From IMG/VR virus record IMGVR_UViG_2609459833_000016: a stretch of 38,883 nt of DNA. One strand, written 5' to 3'. Source of the stretch: a virus (Duplodnaviria; Heunggongvirae; Uroviricota; Caudoviricetes). This document shows positions 9,525 to 18,698 of the stretch, one piece after another. The first letter of the stretch is position 1, and every line of letters begins with the position of its first letter. Below the pieces are notes generated by a model. The model worked only from the letters and a program-made list of their open reading frames with translations. It searched no databases and was not told the origin of the DNA. Position numbers and translations under genes: made by a program.

Positions 9525-11126
9525 TCAGTATGCGCGCTGGAACAGCCCGATGCCTTCATTGTCATTTGTCGACGTAATTTCATTACACACCATCCATGAG
9601 CCCGGAACTGAGGATAGGTTGCCGTCAATGCCATCGGTGTTAGCTTTCATATAGTTCCCGCTTGCATCTTTGATTATGGCGCATCGCTTAAGGCGTGAAC
9701 CCTGTACAGTTTCTCCTGGCTGATAGGTTTTGTTGAGGTCGGTTACATACGGGGTTAGTGCGGCAATAATGTATGTTCCGATGCTGTAAATTTCCCCGGG
9801 TACCAGCCTTCCGGTTGGCCCTTGTGGTCCGGTTTCACCTGTCGGGCCCTGTCTTCCTGTTTCTCCCTGCAAACCTCGTGGTCCGGTGTTCCCCTGCGGC
9901 CCCGTCGGTCCCGTCGGTCCCGTCGGCCCCGTCGGCCCGGCAGGTCCTTGTCGACCCGCTGGCCCCTCGGCCCCCAGTTCCTTCCAGTCCGTCCATGGAC
10001 CATTTCCGGTGAAATTACCGTTGACAGCCCTGACAAACTTCCTGATGGGGTTCCATGTAGTGTATTCCTGTTGACAGAAACCCCAGGCTCCCATTTTCAC
10101 GGACAGGTATCCCGCCTGTTCAACGGGGTAGTGCATGGCGGTGGTTGCATCTTTATTGGCCGACTGATAGTAATCCCCGTGGTGTTCTGGTTTTCCCAGT
10201 GTATTGAGATCAACGGTCAGCGCGGTATATTTCGCCTTCTGTGCTCCGCTTTGTGTTGACTGTTGAAGTTGTTGTACGGTCTGGTTTGTGGCATTGATTT
10301 GTTGCTCCAGTGTTGAGGCTTTCTCACTTGCTGCCTGTGCACTCTGTTTAGCCTGTTCAGCCAGTTTTTCGGCTTCAGTGGCTTTCTGCATGGTGAGCTG
10401 GACTGCCTTTGGTGTTGCAGCGGCGTTTTCGGCGGCGCTGCCCGTTTCGCTGCTCAGCCGGACGATGCCTTTCTGGCTGGTCGTGGCGTCAGTGACTGAA
10501 GATTTTTCATTAATCATTCCTTTCAGCGTTTTGATGGCCTTAGAGGTTGCGGCTGTTTCTTCGCTGTCACTGTCGGTGGCACTGCTCAGTTGCACAAATC
10601 CCTTTGTGCTTGTGGATGCAGACTGGTGGGTGCCGCTTTTTTCATGTTCTTTGATGGCCTGATCCAGAGCGGCTTTTGTGACCATGACAACTGACTGATC
10701 CAGTTTAATATTCAGCGCAGAAATATTACTCAGGAGAATAACCATCCTGAATACCTGCTCCCGACCTGAACCTTCCTCCAGCTTCGGTTTGTAACCTTCT
10801 GCTACGTTGCCAACAGCAATCAGGGCACCTTCATCATCGAATAACCCAATCTCCCTCACCCAGAAGCCGCCCTGGTCAGCGGGAATAACCAGCTCTGCGG
10901 TGACAAAGCTTTCATTCTCCGCATCCTGTGTGATGCTGGAGATATTCCCTTCCCAGACTTTTTTCACCAGTTGTTTTTGCCCTTCTGATGGCTCCACTTC
11001 CTGGCCGTTGCCGTCGCCCACCTGCATCTTTGCCAGGGTGACTTTTTTTCCACCGGGCTTCAGGGCTTCGGCCAGCTTCCGGCGGCCCTCAGTGGTGATA
11101 ATGGTTTTGTATTTCTGTGTCATGGT
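9525..11126 (-). CDS. H: Tail fiber protein H with collagen-like Gly-X-Y repeat region
   Basis: N-terminus [20 protein letters not shown]...[21 protein letters not shown] matches the conserved gpH N-terminal domain; C-terminal part is divergent. Confidence 0.85.
   Translation of the reverse strand, partial: TMTQKYKTIITTEGRRKLAEALKPGGKKVTLAKMQVGDGNGQEVEPSEGQKQLVKKVWEGNISSITQDAENESFVTAELVIPADQGGFWVREIGLFDDEGALIAVGNVAEGYKPKLEEGSGREQVFRMVILLSNISALNIKLDQSVVMVTKAALDQAIKEHEKSGTHQSASTSTKGFVQLSSATDSDSEETAATSKAIKTLKGMINEKSSVTDATTSQKGIVRLSSETGSAAENAAATPKAVQLTMQKATEAEKLAEQAKQSAQAASEKASTLEQQINATNQTVQQLQQSTQSGAQKAKYTALTVDLNTLGKPEHHGDYYQSANKDATTAMHYPVEQAGYLSVKMGAWGFCQQEYTTWNPIRKFVRAVNGNFTGNGPWTDWKELGAEGPAGRQGPAGPTGPTGPTGPTGPQGNTGPRGLQGETGRQGPTGETGPQGPTGRLVPGEIYSIGTYIIAALTPYVTDLNKTYQPGETVQGSRLKRCAIIKDASGNYMKANTDGIDGNLSSVPGSWMVCNEITSTNDNEGIGLFQRAY
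9808..9976 (-). repeat. Collagen-like (Gly-X-Y)n coding repeat within tail fiber gene H, including a 4x 9-bp tandem repeat (about 9901-9936)
   Basis: Translation [52 protein letters not shown]; the plus strand shows CCCGTCGGT/CCCGTCGGC repeated four times. Confidence 0.7.
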
Positions 11127-11839
11127 TCCTCCGGTGCCGGTTTTACGATGGTCGTTGTGCCGTCGTATGTTGTTCCGGCTATACAGATAGCGGCTTGTGC
11201 GGCGCACGGTGACGGTATCTCCGTATCCGGTTTAACCCGGGTTATGTCACTGTCGTAAATCGCGCCAGCACAATAAATTTCTCCTCCGGTAATGCAGGGG
11301 TTCGGCAGTGTTGCGTCCGGATATACCTGTATGATGTCTCCGCTATGACTCACTGCCCCGGTAAAGACTTCCCCTTTTGCAATGTATGTCAGCCTCAGTG
11401 CTTTCAGGTGACGGCTTACCGGCTTCGCCAGCGCAATCATGCGCTCCATTTCCTGATAGGTCGCCTCTGTCAGGGCTGCATGTGTAACATCGATGTTGAG
11501 ACGAAAACTGCCTGGAGGGTCGCCGTTTTCCCACCACTCTGTAATGCTCAGCAGCGCGCCGAACGGGGCAATAGCTCTTCTCATGGCGCTGATGGTCCCC
11601 TTATGACGGTGAACCATCCACGACTCGCGTATAACGTCCCGGCGAGTCTCTTCCGTCCATGCCTTATCCCATCTGTCCACTGAAAGCGTCCATGCGAGCC
11701 ATGGCAGCAGTACTTCAGGGCATTCGTCCGCATTCCACAGGGTGTTAAGTTTCACCGGCAGCTGGCTGATTTTTTCCCCGGAGCGATCAACGGTTTTCAG
11801 AAAAACACTGGCAGACGGCGGAAGCACCGTTTTACTCAT
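11120..11839 (-). CDS. I: Baseplate protein I with a C-terminal extension carrying a duplicated Cys-containing motif
   Basis: N-terminal 170 aa match the gpI pattern ([15 protein letters not shown]...[13 protein letters not shown]...[18 protein letters not shown]); extra C-terminal 60 aa. Confidence 0.8.
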   Translation of the reverse strand: MSKTVLPPSASVFLKTVDRSGEKISQLPVKLNTLWNADECPEVLLPWLAWTLSVDRWDKAWTEETRRDVIRESWMVHRHKGTISAMRRAIAPFGALLSITEWWENGDPPGSFRLNIDVTHAALTEATYQEMERMIALAKPVSRHLKALRLTYIAKGEVFTGAVSHSGDIIQVYPDATLPNPCITGGEIYCAGAIYDSDITRVKPDTEIPSPCAAQAAICIAGTTYDGTTTIVKPAPEEP

Positions 11840-12728
11840 CGGTCCCCCCGGCGCGAATCTCTGTGGCGGAGCATCGCGCCGCCTGTGTTTCGCTGATCAC
11901 CAGATCCTTCGCTGGTTGTGTTAACTCCACCCGCTGAACTCCGGGCACATGCAGGGCCGCCATGATGGCTGAACGGGCAACGTCACGACCAATTCTTCGC
12001 TGCTCTGCCAGCCACGCCTCCAGTTGTGCCCGTGCGGCCTGAAGTATGGGTTCTGATTCCGGCCCCGGGTAAAAATAGAGTGTCGCATCAATCTTGTAGC
12101 TGATGATTTCCGCGCTTTTCACCGTCAGTCTGTCCGCCACGGGGCGAACTGTTTCGTCGTTCAGTACGGCTTTCACTTCGTTAATCAGTGCTTCGTTCGC
12201 CGTTCCGTCTCCGTCGGCTGAAAGGAGCGCAACCACAACTTCCGCCGGTGCCGGGCTGGTTGCTCTGGCATCTGCCACTTTTCCGCTTGCGCTGCGTGCA
12301 AAATACTCATATGAGCCGGAAGGCCCGGCAACACTCATCCCTTCAAAGGCGCTCTGTATGCGCATCCGGAACGCGGCGTCACTTTCCATTACCGCCGGTG
12401 TGGTCTCCGTTGCTTCGGTGATAACCAGGCGCTGCACATTCATGTTTACACCCAGATTGTCAAGATCGCTTCCTGATGAATGACTCAGCATACAGGCCGC
12501 TGCGCCATCATTGATACGCTGCCGCAGTAACAGCTCCCGCCATGCCATAGCCTGAGCGATGATGTTCAGTGGTTCGGACTCCAGTTCAAGGGCTGCCGCC
12601 ACTTCATCGCGCATGGCTTCCGGAAAGACGCTAATCATGAATGTCTTTGTCTGTGCCAGAATCACTTCATAATCCAGCGATTCAATGATCGCCGGTTGCG
12701 GCAGCTGGGATAAATCAATTGTCGGCAT
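11832..12728 (-). CDS. J: Baseplate assembly protein J
   Basis: N-terminus MPTIDLSQLPQP... typical of gpJ; overlaps W and I as in P2. Confidence 0.85.
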   Translation of the reverse strand: MPTIDLSQLPQPAIIESLDYEVILAQTKTFMISVFPEAMRDEVAAALELESEPLNIIAQAMAWRELLLRQRINDGAAACMLSHSSGSDLDNLGVNMNVQRLVITEATETTPAVMESDAAFRMRIQSAFEGMSVAGPSGSYEYFARSASGKVADARATSPAPAEVVVALLSADGDGTANEALINEVKAVLNDETVRPVADRLTVKSAEIISYKIDATLYFYPGPESEPILQAARAQLEAWLAEQRRIGRDVARSAIMAALHVPGVQRVELTQPAKDLVISETQAARCSATEIRAGGTDE

Positions 12729-13083
12729 CCTTCCCTCCCTGTATATCAACGGAAATACTGGCGCTCTGCATGGTGCTTACAATCAGATAGCTCATGGATA
12801 ACACTGCGCTGCCATTGTTTCTCCACGTCAGGTCCACGCTGTTTATGGCAACGCGTGGCTCCCATCGTGTAATGGCGATCACGGCGGCACTCATACAGCG
12901 CAGTCTGGTTATTTCATTTGCCGGACTGTCAAGAAGAGCGGGCAGGTTGCTGCCATACTCGCGCCGCATAACACGCGAACCTTCCGGTGTCAGGATAATA
13001 TCCGTGATTGACTGGTTCAGATGGTCGATGTCTGTCAGCGTTCCGTAGCCTGCGTGATTCATGCCTGTGTAGCCGGTACTCAT
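12715..13083 (-). CDS. W: Baseplate protein W
   Basis: 122-aa ORF with gpW-like sequence (GMN..G..LTD..H..QSI.DIL.TP.GSRVMRR.YGS). Confidence 0.85.
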   Translation of the reverse strand: MSTGYTGMNHAGYGTLTDIDHLNQSITDIILTPEGSRVMRREYGSNLPALLDSPANEITRLRCMSAAVIAITRWEPRVAINSVDLTWRNNGSAVLSMSYLIVSTMQSASISVDIQGGKDADN

Positions 13084-13661
13084 TGTGGGCCTCCGCTCGT
13101 ATCGCTACCGCTCTTCACTCCGCTGTGTACGTGGGTGTGTACGGTGATGCCGTTTGATTCGAGGCTGCCGCCACTGTGTTTCACGTTGCCTTTCATTGTT
13201 CCGCCGCTGGTCAGCTCGAATGTCTTTGTCTTCAGCAACTGCGTACATTCCACCTTTGGCGCGTCCAGCGTGATACTGGTTTCAGCCGTAATGGTTGCGG
13301 TTTTTATACCTCTGGCCGTCAGGCTGCTTTCCTGTGCGTTATAGCGAAATTCCGCACCGTCCGGCGCGGTAATGACCATTTCGTTTTCCAGCGATCCCGG
13401 TGGCGGGTTGTCGTTGCTGTACAGACTTCCTGCGCTGACTGCGGTTTCCGGATTGCCGCCCGGGCATAGGAGAAACACCTGTTCGTCCGGTGATGGGGGG
13501 ATCCAGATTTTAAATTTTCCGGCCCGCCCGCTGTTCCATCGGATCCAGTTTGTGGTCAGGCCGCCGGTCTGCACACGCACCTCCCAGGTGTCGGTGTTGA
13601 TTTCCGTAACCACACCAATCCGCACAATGTTTTCCAGCAGACGCATAAGCTCGATGTTCAT
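13080..13661 (-). CDS. V: Baseplate spike/hub protein V
   Basis: 193-aa ORF with gpV-like OB-fold N-terminus and C-terminal spike region; position between S and W. Confidence 0.85.
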   Translation of the reverse strand: MNIELMRLLENIVRIGVVTEINTDTWEVRVQTGGLTTNWIRWNSGRAGKFKIWIPPSPDEQVFLLCPGGNPETAVSAGSLYSNDNPPPGSLENEMVITAPDGAEFRYNAQESSLTARGIKTATITAETSITLDAPKVECTQLLKTKTFELTSGGTMKGNVKHSGGSLESNGITVHTHVHSGVKSGSDTSGGPQ

Positions 13662-14293
13662 TTCGCTGCTTTCCCCAGTCCGGCAATCACGGTTTCTGTG
13701 ATTTGCTGTTTGTCTTTTTCGTTCAGGCCCAGCAGCTCGCGCACGGGGTATTTCGTGGCGTTCCCGGGTGATACCAGGCCTACCTCACCGAACTGGTGCA
13801 CTCTGGCAATACGCGCGGCCCGGCCCTGAAAGCCGACACTTACGCCGTTTGTGTCGGGGATGATTCTCAGAAAGCGTGCTGTTCTCAGCTTTTCGAACAT
13901 AGGTGAGCGACGTGATGCTCTTGCTGCGACGCGCTGTGTGTTAATTTCCAGGTAGTCCCCGATGTCTGCCTTGTAAAACGTCCTGATCCCCCCGGCGTCT
14001 GTATCGTAGCCGGTGATTTTCTGCCCGAAACATCCCTGTGACGTGCTCCAGTTTTTCAGGTTTCTTACCTGGCCGTCCTTCCAGATAAACTTCACGCCTT
14101 TTTGTATGCGCATGATGCGGCGTTTTCGTTTCTCCCATGGCTGGCCTTCCGGGGATACCTGGCTTCTGATGCGTTTTGTCTGTAGCTGTCGGACGACCTT
14201 ACCCACGCTCATTGCCGTGCGCTGAATTCCGGCTGCCGACAGGCCGGAAAGAATATCCTGAAAGATGACATCCAGTTCGCGGTCCGCTCTCAT
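13658..14293 (-). CDS. S: Tail completion protein S
   Basis: Position between R and V; ORF track gives 13658..14320, and an internal start at 14293 overlaps the R stop. Confidence 0.75.
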   Translation of the reverse strand: MRADRELDVIFQDILSGLSAAGIQRTAMSVGKVVRQLQTKRIRSQVSPEGQPWEKRKRRIMRIQKGVKFIWKDGQVRNLKNWSTSQGCFGQKITGYDTDAGGIRTFYKADIGDYLEINTQRVAARASRRSPMFEKLRTARFLRIIPDTNGVSVGFQGRAARIARVHQFGEVGLVSPGNATKYPVRELLGLNEKDKQQITETVIAGLGKAAK

Positions 14294-14760
14294 GTGCTGG
14301 TCTCCGTTCCGGTTCGCCACGTCATGTCTTCAAACACTACGCGCCATGCTTCCAGTGCCCGGCTTATCGGGGGCTCACCGATGTGCTCTGCCGTCACCGT
14401 GCCGTCGTCATTACGGCGCACAATCACGCGCTCCCATACCGGGATTTCCAGCAGGATATCGGCACTGTCGTCATCGTTGATGGCCGTCGAAAATTTGATG
14501 CTTTTGTTCTTCTCCGGATTGAGAAGAAGAACCGGCTGATTCCTGTACAGCCACGCCATGACCGGCAGCATGATGTTGTCGATACTTTCTGTGAAGTCCA
14601 TGACGAACAACACCAGGTTGTAGCGGTACAGGAATGAGGGGGATTCACCGGTGGTTTCAATGCCACCCGATTCAATGAATACCGTGAATTTTTCCGGGCT
14701 GGCCTTACACCACCGGCAGTTGCTGGTCAGAGCTTCGCGTAATGAATTCAGTTTCAGCAT
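14290..14760 (-). CDS. R: Tail completion protein R
   Basis: 156 aa; N-terminus MLKLNSLREALT and central VMAWLYRNQP match the gpR pattern. Confidence 0.85.
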   Translation of the reverse strand: MLKLNSLREALTSNCRWCKASPEKFTVFIESGGIETTGESPSFLYRYNLVLFVMDFTESIDNIMLPVMAWLYRNQPVLLLNPEKNKSIKFSTAINDDDSADILLEIPVWERVIVRRNDDGTVTAEHIGEPPISRALEAWRVVFEDMTWRTGTETST

Positions 14761-14857
14761 AAAACACCGTAGAACGTGTTGCGTGTGGCAATTAAAAATC
14801 TCAAAATTAAATGGCTTTTAATTCGGGTTCTTTCTTGCTCACCTTTCCCCTCTTGCA

Positions 14858-14890
14858 CCCTCCGTATACCGGAGGGTTTTTTGTTTCTTT
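14858..14890 (+). terminator. Plus-strand intrinsic terminator (CCCTCCG-TATAC-CGGAGGG + TTTTTTGTTTCTTTT)
   Basis: Perfect 7-bp stem followed by a T-run on the plus strand only; lies between R and the inserted esterase module. Confidence 0.5.
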
Positions 14891-14932
14891 TGCTGTGGAC
14901 AGTGGTGCCGTTCTGATGCGCTGTGCCTGTTG

Positions 14933-15097
14933 TTATGGCAATACCCCGTTGACCGCTCCGCCAGCTGATTTCCTGGCGGCTGCTTCATCTATCTTTTTGT
15001 TCCAGAAATTGCGGACGGCTTTATATCCCCCTGAGATCAGATACAGAAGGGATACGGCGGTACTGAAATACAACATTATCTGATGAATAAATCCCAT
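14933..15097 (-). CDS. Small (55 aa) predicted single-pass membrane protein, not in the ORF track (below its size cutoff)
   Basis: Hand-translated: GGAG RBS 6 nt before ATG; MGFIHQIMLYFSTAVSLLYLISGGYKAVRNFWNKKIDEAAARKSAGGAVNGVLP; one hydrophobic helix. Confidence 0.35.
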   Translation of the reverse strand: MGFIHQIMLYFSTAVSLLYLISGGYKAVRNFWNKKIDEAAARKSAGGAVNGVLP

Positions 15098-15161
15098 GGC
15101 TTGCTCCTTTTATTTTCCCGGTTGTCAGCGAGCTTCCCCGCCGGATGGCTGGGAAGCATTG

Positions 15162-17132
15162 TTATGCCGGTGGCTGATTTACGACAACGCTCAGGCTGTC
15201 AATCAGTACGGTATAGGTCGGCCGATACGTGATATCGGTCACGCGTAACGTGTCGTTGGTAACATCGGCTTTTGATGTGGAAAGCATGAACGGTTTTCCG
15301 TCCACGCCATCCAGAACCGGTGTTACCTGGGTGCTGTTGTTTCCCGCAAAACGAAACGCTATGGTGTGCCAGTTGTTATTGAACTGACCAAAGGTTCCCA
15401 GTTGTTCGTTTGGCGTTTTGTGATACATCAGATTCAGGTTTGCGCTGTCTGTCTGAAGAAAGAATGAGAGCAATAAATTATTTGGATCTGCCCCCAGTAA
15501 TTTCACATCCTGCGGTAATGCTGATGTTTTCCAGTACATCGCCATTGCGTACTGGTCTTTTTTCAGCTCACCCTCGATTTTGAATCGGCAACTTACAGTC
15601 CCGCCATTTTTCAGAAGGTCAGCACCATTACCGGCCTTATGCTCCAGATACCAGGTATTGCCTTCCTGTTTGGTCAGTTTCAGGGCTTTTTTCCCTGTTG
15701 CTTCCTCATCACCGATCAGCATGTCTTTCAGTTGTTTTGGTGTGTTGGCCCCGTTTTTGCCTTCGCTCAGCGTCCAGCCCTGGCTTTCCAGTTCAGGAGA
15801 TGATGCCAGCAGACTCATGAGCGTGACCGGCCCCGGTCTGACTGCCGGTTGTTCTGCTTCCGGTGAAGATGGCTTACTGATGCCGCCCGGTGCATCCTGT
15901 GATGGTTTTGCCACGCGTTCCGGCTCTGTACCCGCAATAAATGGCAGCGTGCGGCCGACGTTAAGCAGGATTGCTGACGCCATGCGATCGGCAATAATGC
16001 CCCGGCGGGCCCATGAGCTGAAGTGCGTTCCACGCAGATGGCTTACCCAGTTTCCGCTACTGCGGGATGCGGCACCGTAATAACCCGCTTCCGCAATATC
16101 CGGATCTTCTGTCGGCTCGTTTGTTGGGGTGTTTTTCCCGTACTCATCCGTAACAAAAGGCACAAAAACAATATTCTTCTCAGTGCTGTTTTTGTATCCG
16201 CCATACACGGTTGCGTACTGTGCTTCGTAGGTTTTTTTCCAGTGGTAGGTGGTATCTCCACAAATCCACGGCACGCTTTCAGGGTTGCCCTGGTTGCACT
16301 GCTTCGCAACATCGGCCAGGTCAGCCCGGAACTGCTTCACCATGGCTGTGAAAAGATCTTTATGCTGTGCGGCGTTTTGTTCTTTCTCAAGATCTGCCTC
16401 GCCCTGTGTCCAGCAGACGGCCAGCAGGACGTTTTTCGGATTTTTCGCCAGCGCTGCTTTTGTGCGGCTGATTAAATCCTTGTACAGCGGCGTGTTCGTT
16501 CCCCAGCGGCAGGATTTTTCAGTTGCGCCGCCGATCTCGCTGAATTGCCCCGCATCACCGGTTGTAAAGCCGGAACCGCCACGGCTGCATGGGACCAGAA
16601 GGATCCCCGCATTTGCCGGGATAAATGGCAGCAGGCGCTTCGCAATGTGCAATCCCTGACTCACACAGCCATACTGACCTTTGTTCAGGTCGGCTTTCGG
16701 GTGGTTGTACTGGCTCATATCCTGCACGTCATGCAGGCAGTGATCCGCCAGAATGATGTCGTTATAGGCACAAGCTTTTCCGCTCGGGGTTACGGTGCTG
16801 CGGCGTGCCAGCTGGCGAATGCGCGAATCGGGTTTATCGTAACTTTCCGGGAGAGGTAACCCCTCACCGTATGCCATAGAGTTGGACTGACCAGCGCTCA
16901 CCACAACGTAATACCACTCCGGTTCGCTGTCGGATGTCGGGGTGATAATGGTGCCTCCCTGGTCATCACTGCCTGAAACCATAGCCTGCATGAGATACCA
17001 GGGGACTCCCGGCTCTGATGCAATACCGGCATTACCGAGAAGTTCCCAGCCTTCCTGTAACCGCTTGTTAACTTTTTCAGCGAATTCTGCGCGGTTGGTG
17101 GCAGTAATCAGTTCAAAGTGTTTTTTGCTCAT
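15162..17132 (-). CDS. NanS-p-like prophage esterase: N-terminal DUF1737-like domain + SGNH/SASA-type carbohydrate O-acetylesterase domain + C-terminal lectin-like domain (656 aa)
   Basis: MSKKHFELITATNRAEFAEKVNKRLQEGWELLG N-terminus; GQSNSMAYGEG nucleophile motif; about 250-aa beta-rich C-terminal domain; located after the lysis genes. Confidence 0.7.
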   Translation of the reverse strand: MSKKHFELITATNRAEFAEKVNKRLQEGWELLGNAGIASEPGVPWYLMQAMVSGSDDQGGTIITPTSDSEPEWYYVVVSAGQSNSMAYGEGLPLPESYDKPDSRIRQLARRSTVTPSGKACAYNDIILADHCLHDVQDMSQYNHPKADLNKGQYGCVSQGLHIAKRLLPFIPANAGILLVPCSRGGSGFTTGDAGQFSEIGGATEKSCRWGTNTPLYKDLISRTKAALAKNPKNVLLAVCWTQGEADLEKEQNAAQHKDLFTAMVKQFRADLADVAKQCNQGNPESVPWICGDTTYHWKKTYEAQYATVYGGYKNSTEKNIVFVPFVTDEYGKNTPTNEPTEDPDIAEAGYYGAASRSSGNWVSHLRGTHFSSWARRGIIADRMASAILLNVGRTLPFIAGTEPERVAKPSQDAPGGISKPSSPEAEQPAVRPGPVTLMSLLASSPELESQGWTLSEGKNGANTPKQLKDMLIGDEEATGKKALKLTKQEGNTWYLEHKAGNGADLLKNGGTVSCRFKIEGELKKDQYAMAMYWKTSALPQDVKLLGADPNNLLLSFFLQTDSANLNLMYHKTPNEQLGTFGQFNNNWHTIAFRFAGNNSTQVTPVLDGVDGKPFMLSTSKADVTNDTLRVTDITYRPTYTVLIDSLSVVVNQPPA

Positions 17133-17135
17133 CGT

Positions 17136-17447
17136 TTACTCCTGATGGGGCGCATCTTGCGCCCGTTCTGCTCTTTGTTTATCCAGCCAGGCGATCGCAG
17201 CCTTGTCTGCGTTGCATGTGTCGAGTGCTTCCAGTAGCCGATCGCTCCATTCAGTCACCCTGTACCATGTCACGGGTATTTCCAGTGCCGGAACCGGGGT
17301 CTGCCTTGTCAGAACTGTCGGCACCGGCTCGTAAACGAGTCTGGTTTTCAACGTGTGCGGCGTGTTGCTGCAACCGCTCAGTAACAGCAGCGGGAGGATA
17401 AGCGCTGGCACACGTGTCGCCCTGCACGGCTTTTTGCATTTCTTCAC
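17136..17447 (-). CDS. lysC: LysC/Rz1-like outer-membrane lipoprotein spanin (o-spanin), embedded out of frame in lysB
   Basis: Signal peptide with lipobox (LLLLSGCS), Pro-rich mature part, overlaps the 3' half of lysB in another frame. Confidence 0.6.
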   Translation of the reverse strand: MKKCKKPCRATRVPALILPLLLLSGCSNTPHTLKTRLVYEPVPTVLTRQTPVPALEIPVTWYRVTEWSDRLLEALDTCNADKAAIAWLDKQRAERAQDAPHQE

Positions 17448-17685
17448 GTCGTTGCTCTCCTTCTGTGATCCGTTGCTGGTCCAGAATGCGGATCACGTTT
17501 ATCACCCTGGAAAAGTCTGTGTATGCATGGCGAACTTCCTGCATGGCGGCGCGGTTGTCCTCTATGATGTCCATCATCTGTTCCCGTCCGAGACTTTCCT
17601 TCCCTTTGCGGTATGCTTCCCAGCCTGTCAGGCCACAAAGCAACAGGGTGGCAAGAAACCAGAGCAACACGGCAGGTGTTTTCAT
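17251..17685 (-). CDS. lysB: LysB/Rz-like inner-membrane spanin (i-spanin)
   Basis: N-terminal TM helix (AVLLWFLATLLLCGLTGW) then charged coiled-coil; start overlaps the endolysin stop. Confidence 0.7.
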   Translation of the reverse strand: MKTPAVLLWFLATLLLCGLTGWEAYRKGKESLGREQMMDIIEDNRAAMQEVRHAYTDFSRVINVIRILDQQRITEGEQRREEMQKAVQGDTCASAYPPAAVTERLQQHAAHVENQTRLRAGADSSDKADPGSGTGNTRDMVQGD

Positions 17686-18221
17686 TGCTTCACTCCGTTC
17701 ATACACCAGTTCCTGAAGTCATTGCGCCGGTTAAACAGCCCCTGTGAATAGCGTCCGCCGCTGTTCACAAAATCCGTCAGCCTGCCGCACATTGCGCTCC
17801 AGTTCTTTCCCTGAGCGAACTTCCAGATGGTTGTTCTGTGCATCCTCCCGTCACGCCCCTTAAACCACATCAGGCCTTTGCACCCCAGATTAAAGGCAGC
17901 ATCCGTCATTGCCTCAAAGTGGCGCTGTGGCATGTCGCGGCCATTGAAATTCTGATTGATGCAGTTCTCCGCCCGTCGTAAATCGTTCACCCATCGACCG
18001 GCAACTTCCTGTTTGGTATGGTGGCGGTCGGGGACGTTTCCCGTTGAGCCACAACCCACTGTTTTCACGCCAGCGATATCCCTGTACGGGAATGCCCGAC
18101 ACTCTTCCCAGGTGGCAATTTTTTCCTGTGCCTCCTGTGAGGTTCTCAGCTCCCCGGGGGCCAGCGAAAAACCCAGCGCCACGATGGCGGCAACGGCATA
18201 GCGTTTAATCTGTCCTGGCAT
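17682..18221 (-). CDS. SAR-type endolysin (lysozyme, T4-lysozyme-like GH24 with N-terminal signal-anchor-release helix)
   Basis: N-terminal hydrophobic SAR segment (YAVAAIVALGFSLAPG) followed by E-x8-D-x5-T catalytic spacing (WEECRAFPYRDIAGVKT), resembling phage 21 R. Confidence 0.8.
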   Translation of the reverse strand: MPGQIKRYAVAAIVALGFSLAPGELRTSQEAQEKIATWEECRAFPYRDIAGVKTVGCGSTGNVPDRHHTKQEVAGRWVNDLRRAENCINQNFNGRDMPQRHFEAMTDAAFNLGCKGLMWFKGRDGRMHRTTIWKFAQGKNWSAMCGRLTDFVNSGGRYSQGLFNRRNDFRNWCMNGVKQ

Positions 18222-18507
18222 GTGATTCCCCGTCTGCATTCAGGGCTTCCAGAGCGCGCTTCTCGCTGCCTTTTAGTGGTCGGTGCTGCATCTGGTCGGC
18301 AATGCGTGCAATAAGCTCATTGCGCCGCTCCTGTGCCTGCTCCATACGTGTTCTGTGCATCCATCCGCGCAGCAGTGAAAGCGCCCCCAGAATCAGTCCT
18401 GCCAGCGCCATCTTCTCGCTCAGCGTCATAACCCCTATACCGGTGACCATGACGGATGTGAAAAACGTAATGTGGTCGTAAATTCTCTGAAACATAATCA
18501 ATCCCAC
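18205..18507 (-). CDS. Holin
   Basis: 100-aa protein with two hydrophobic helices and a charged C-terminus, immediately upstream of the endolysin. Confidence 0.7.
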   Translation of the reverse strand: MGLIMFQRIYDHITFFTSVMVTGIGVMTLSEKMALAGLILGALSLLRGWMHRTRMEQAQERRNELIARIADQMQHRPLKGSEKRALEALNADGESHARTD

Positions 18508-18698
18508 AACTGAACGGTTTCGCGCTGTTTTTCCTGTGTGATTTCCGGTAATTCAACTTCCTGCCCGGCAGTGAGGAATACCGTGTTACTCAGCCCCGGA
18601 TTGGCAGCCAGAACGCGCTCTGTCACGCCCTTTGTCATGCCGTAATGACGCTGGCAGAGTAAGTCAACGGTGTCGCCGTCATGCGCGGTTACCTTCAT
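18498..18698 (-). CDS. X: Tail protein X (LysM-like)
   Basis: About 67-aa ORF MKVTAHDGDTVDLLCQRHYG... between L and the holin, as in P2. Confidence 0.7.
   Translation of the reverse strand: MKVTAHDGDTVDLLCQRHYGMTKGVTERVLAANPGLSNTVFLTAGQEVELPEITQEKQRETVQLWD

Noticed and set aside
9892-9945. Short tandem 9-bp repeats that might be taken for a mini CRISPR or VNTR locus
   Set aside because: They lie in frame inside the tail fiber gene and encode Gly-X-Y collagen-like triplets; no spacers, leader or cas genes.
10288-10662. 124-aa plus-strand ORF inside tail fiber gene H
   Set aside because: Antisense to H; Ala/Ser/Leu-rich low-complexity translation; no independent start signals.
14811-15083. 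90-aa plus-strand ORF between R and the esterase gene
   Set aside because: It reads straight through the strong plus-strand terminator hairpin at 14858-14890 and is antisense to the better-supported small membrane ORF.
17914-18102. Nested small ORFs within the endolysin and holin genes (and similar nested ORFs throughout the late genes)
   Set aside because: Alternative-frame ORFs inside well-supported phage genes with no independent evidence.
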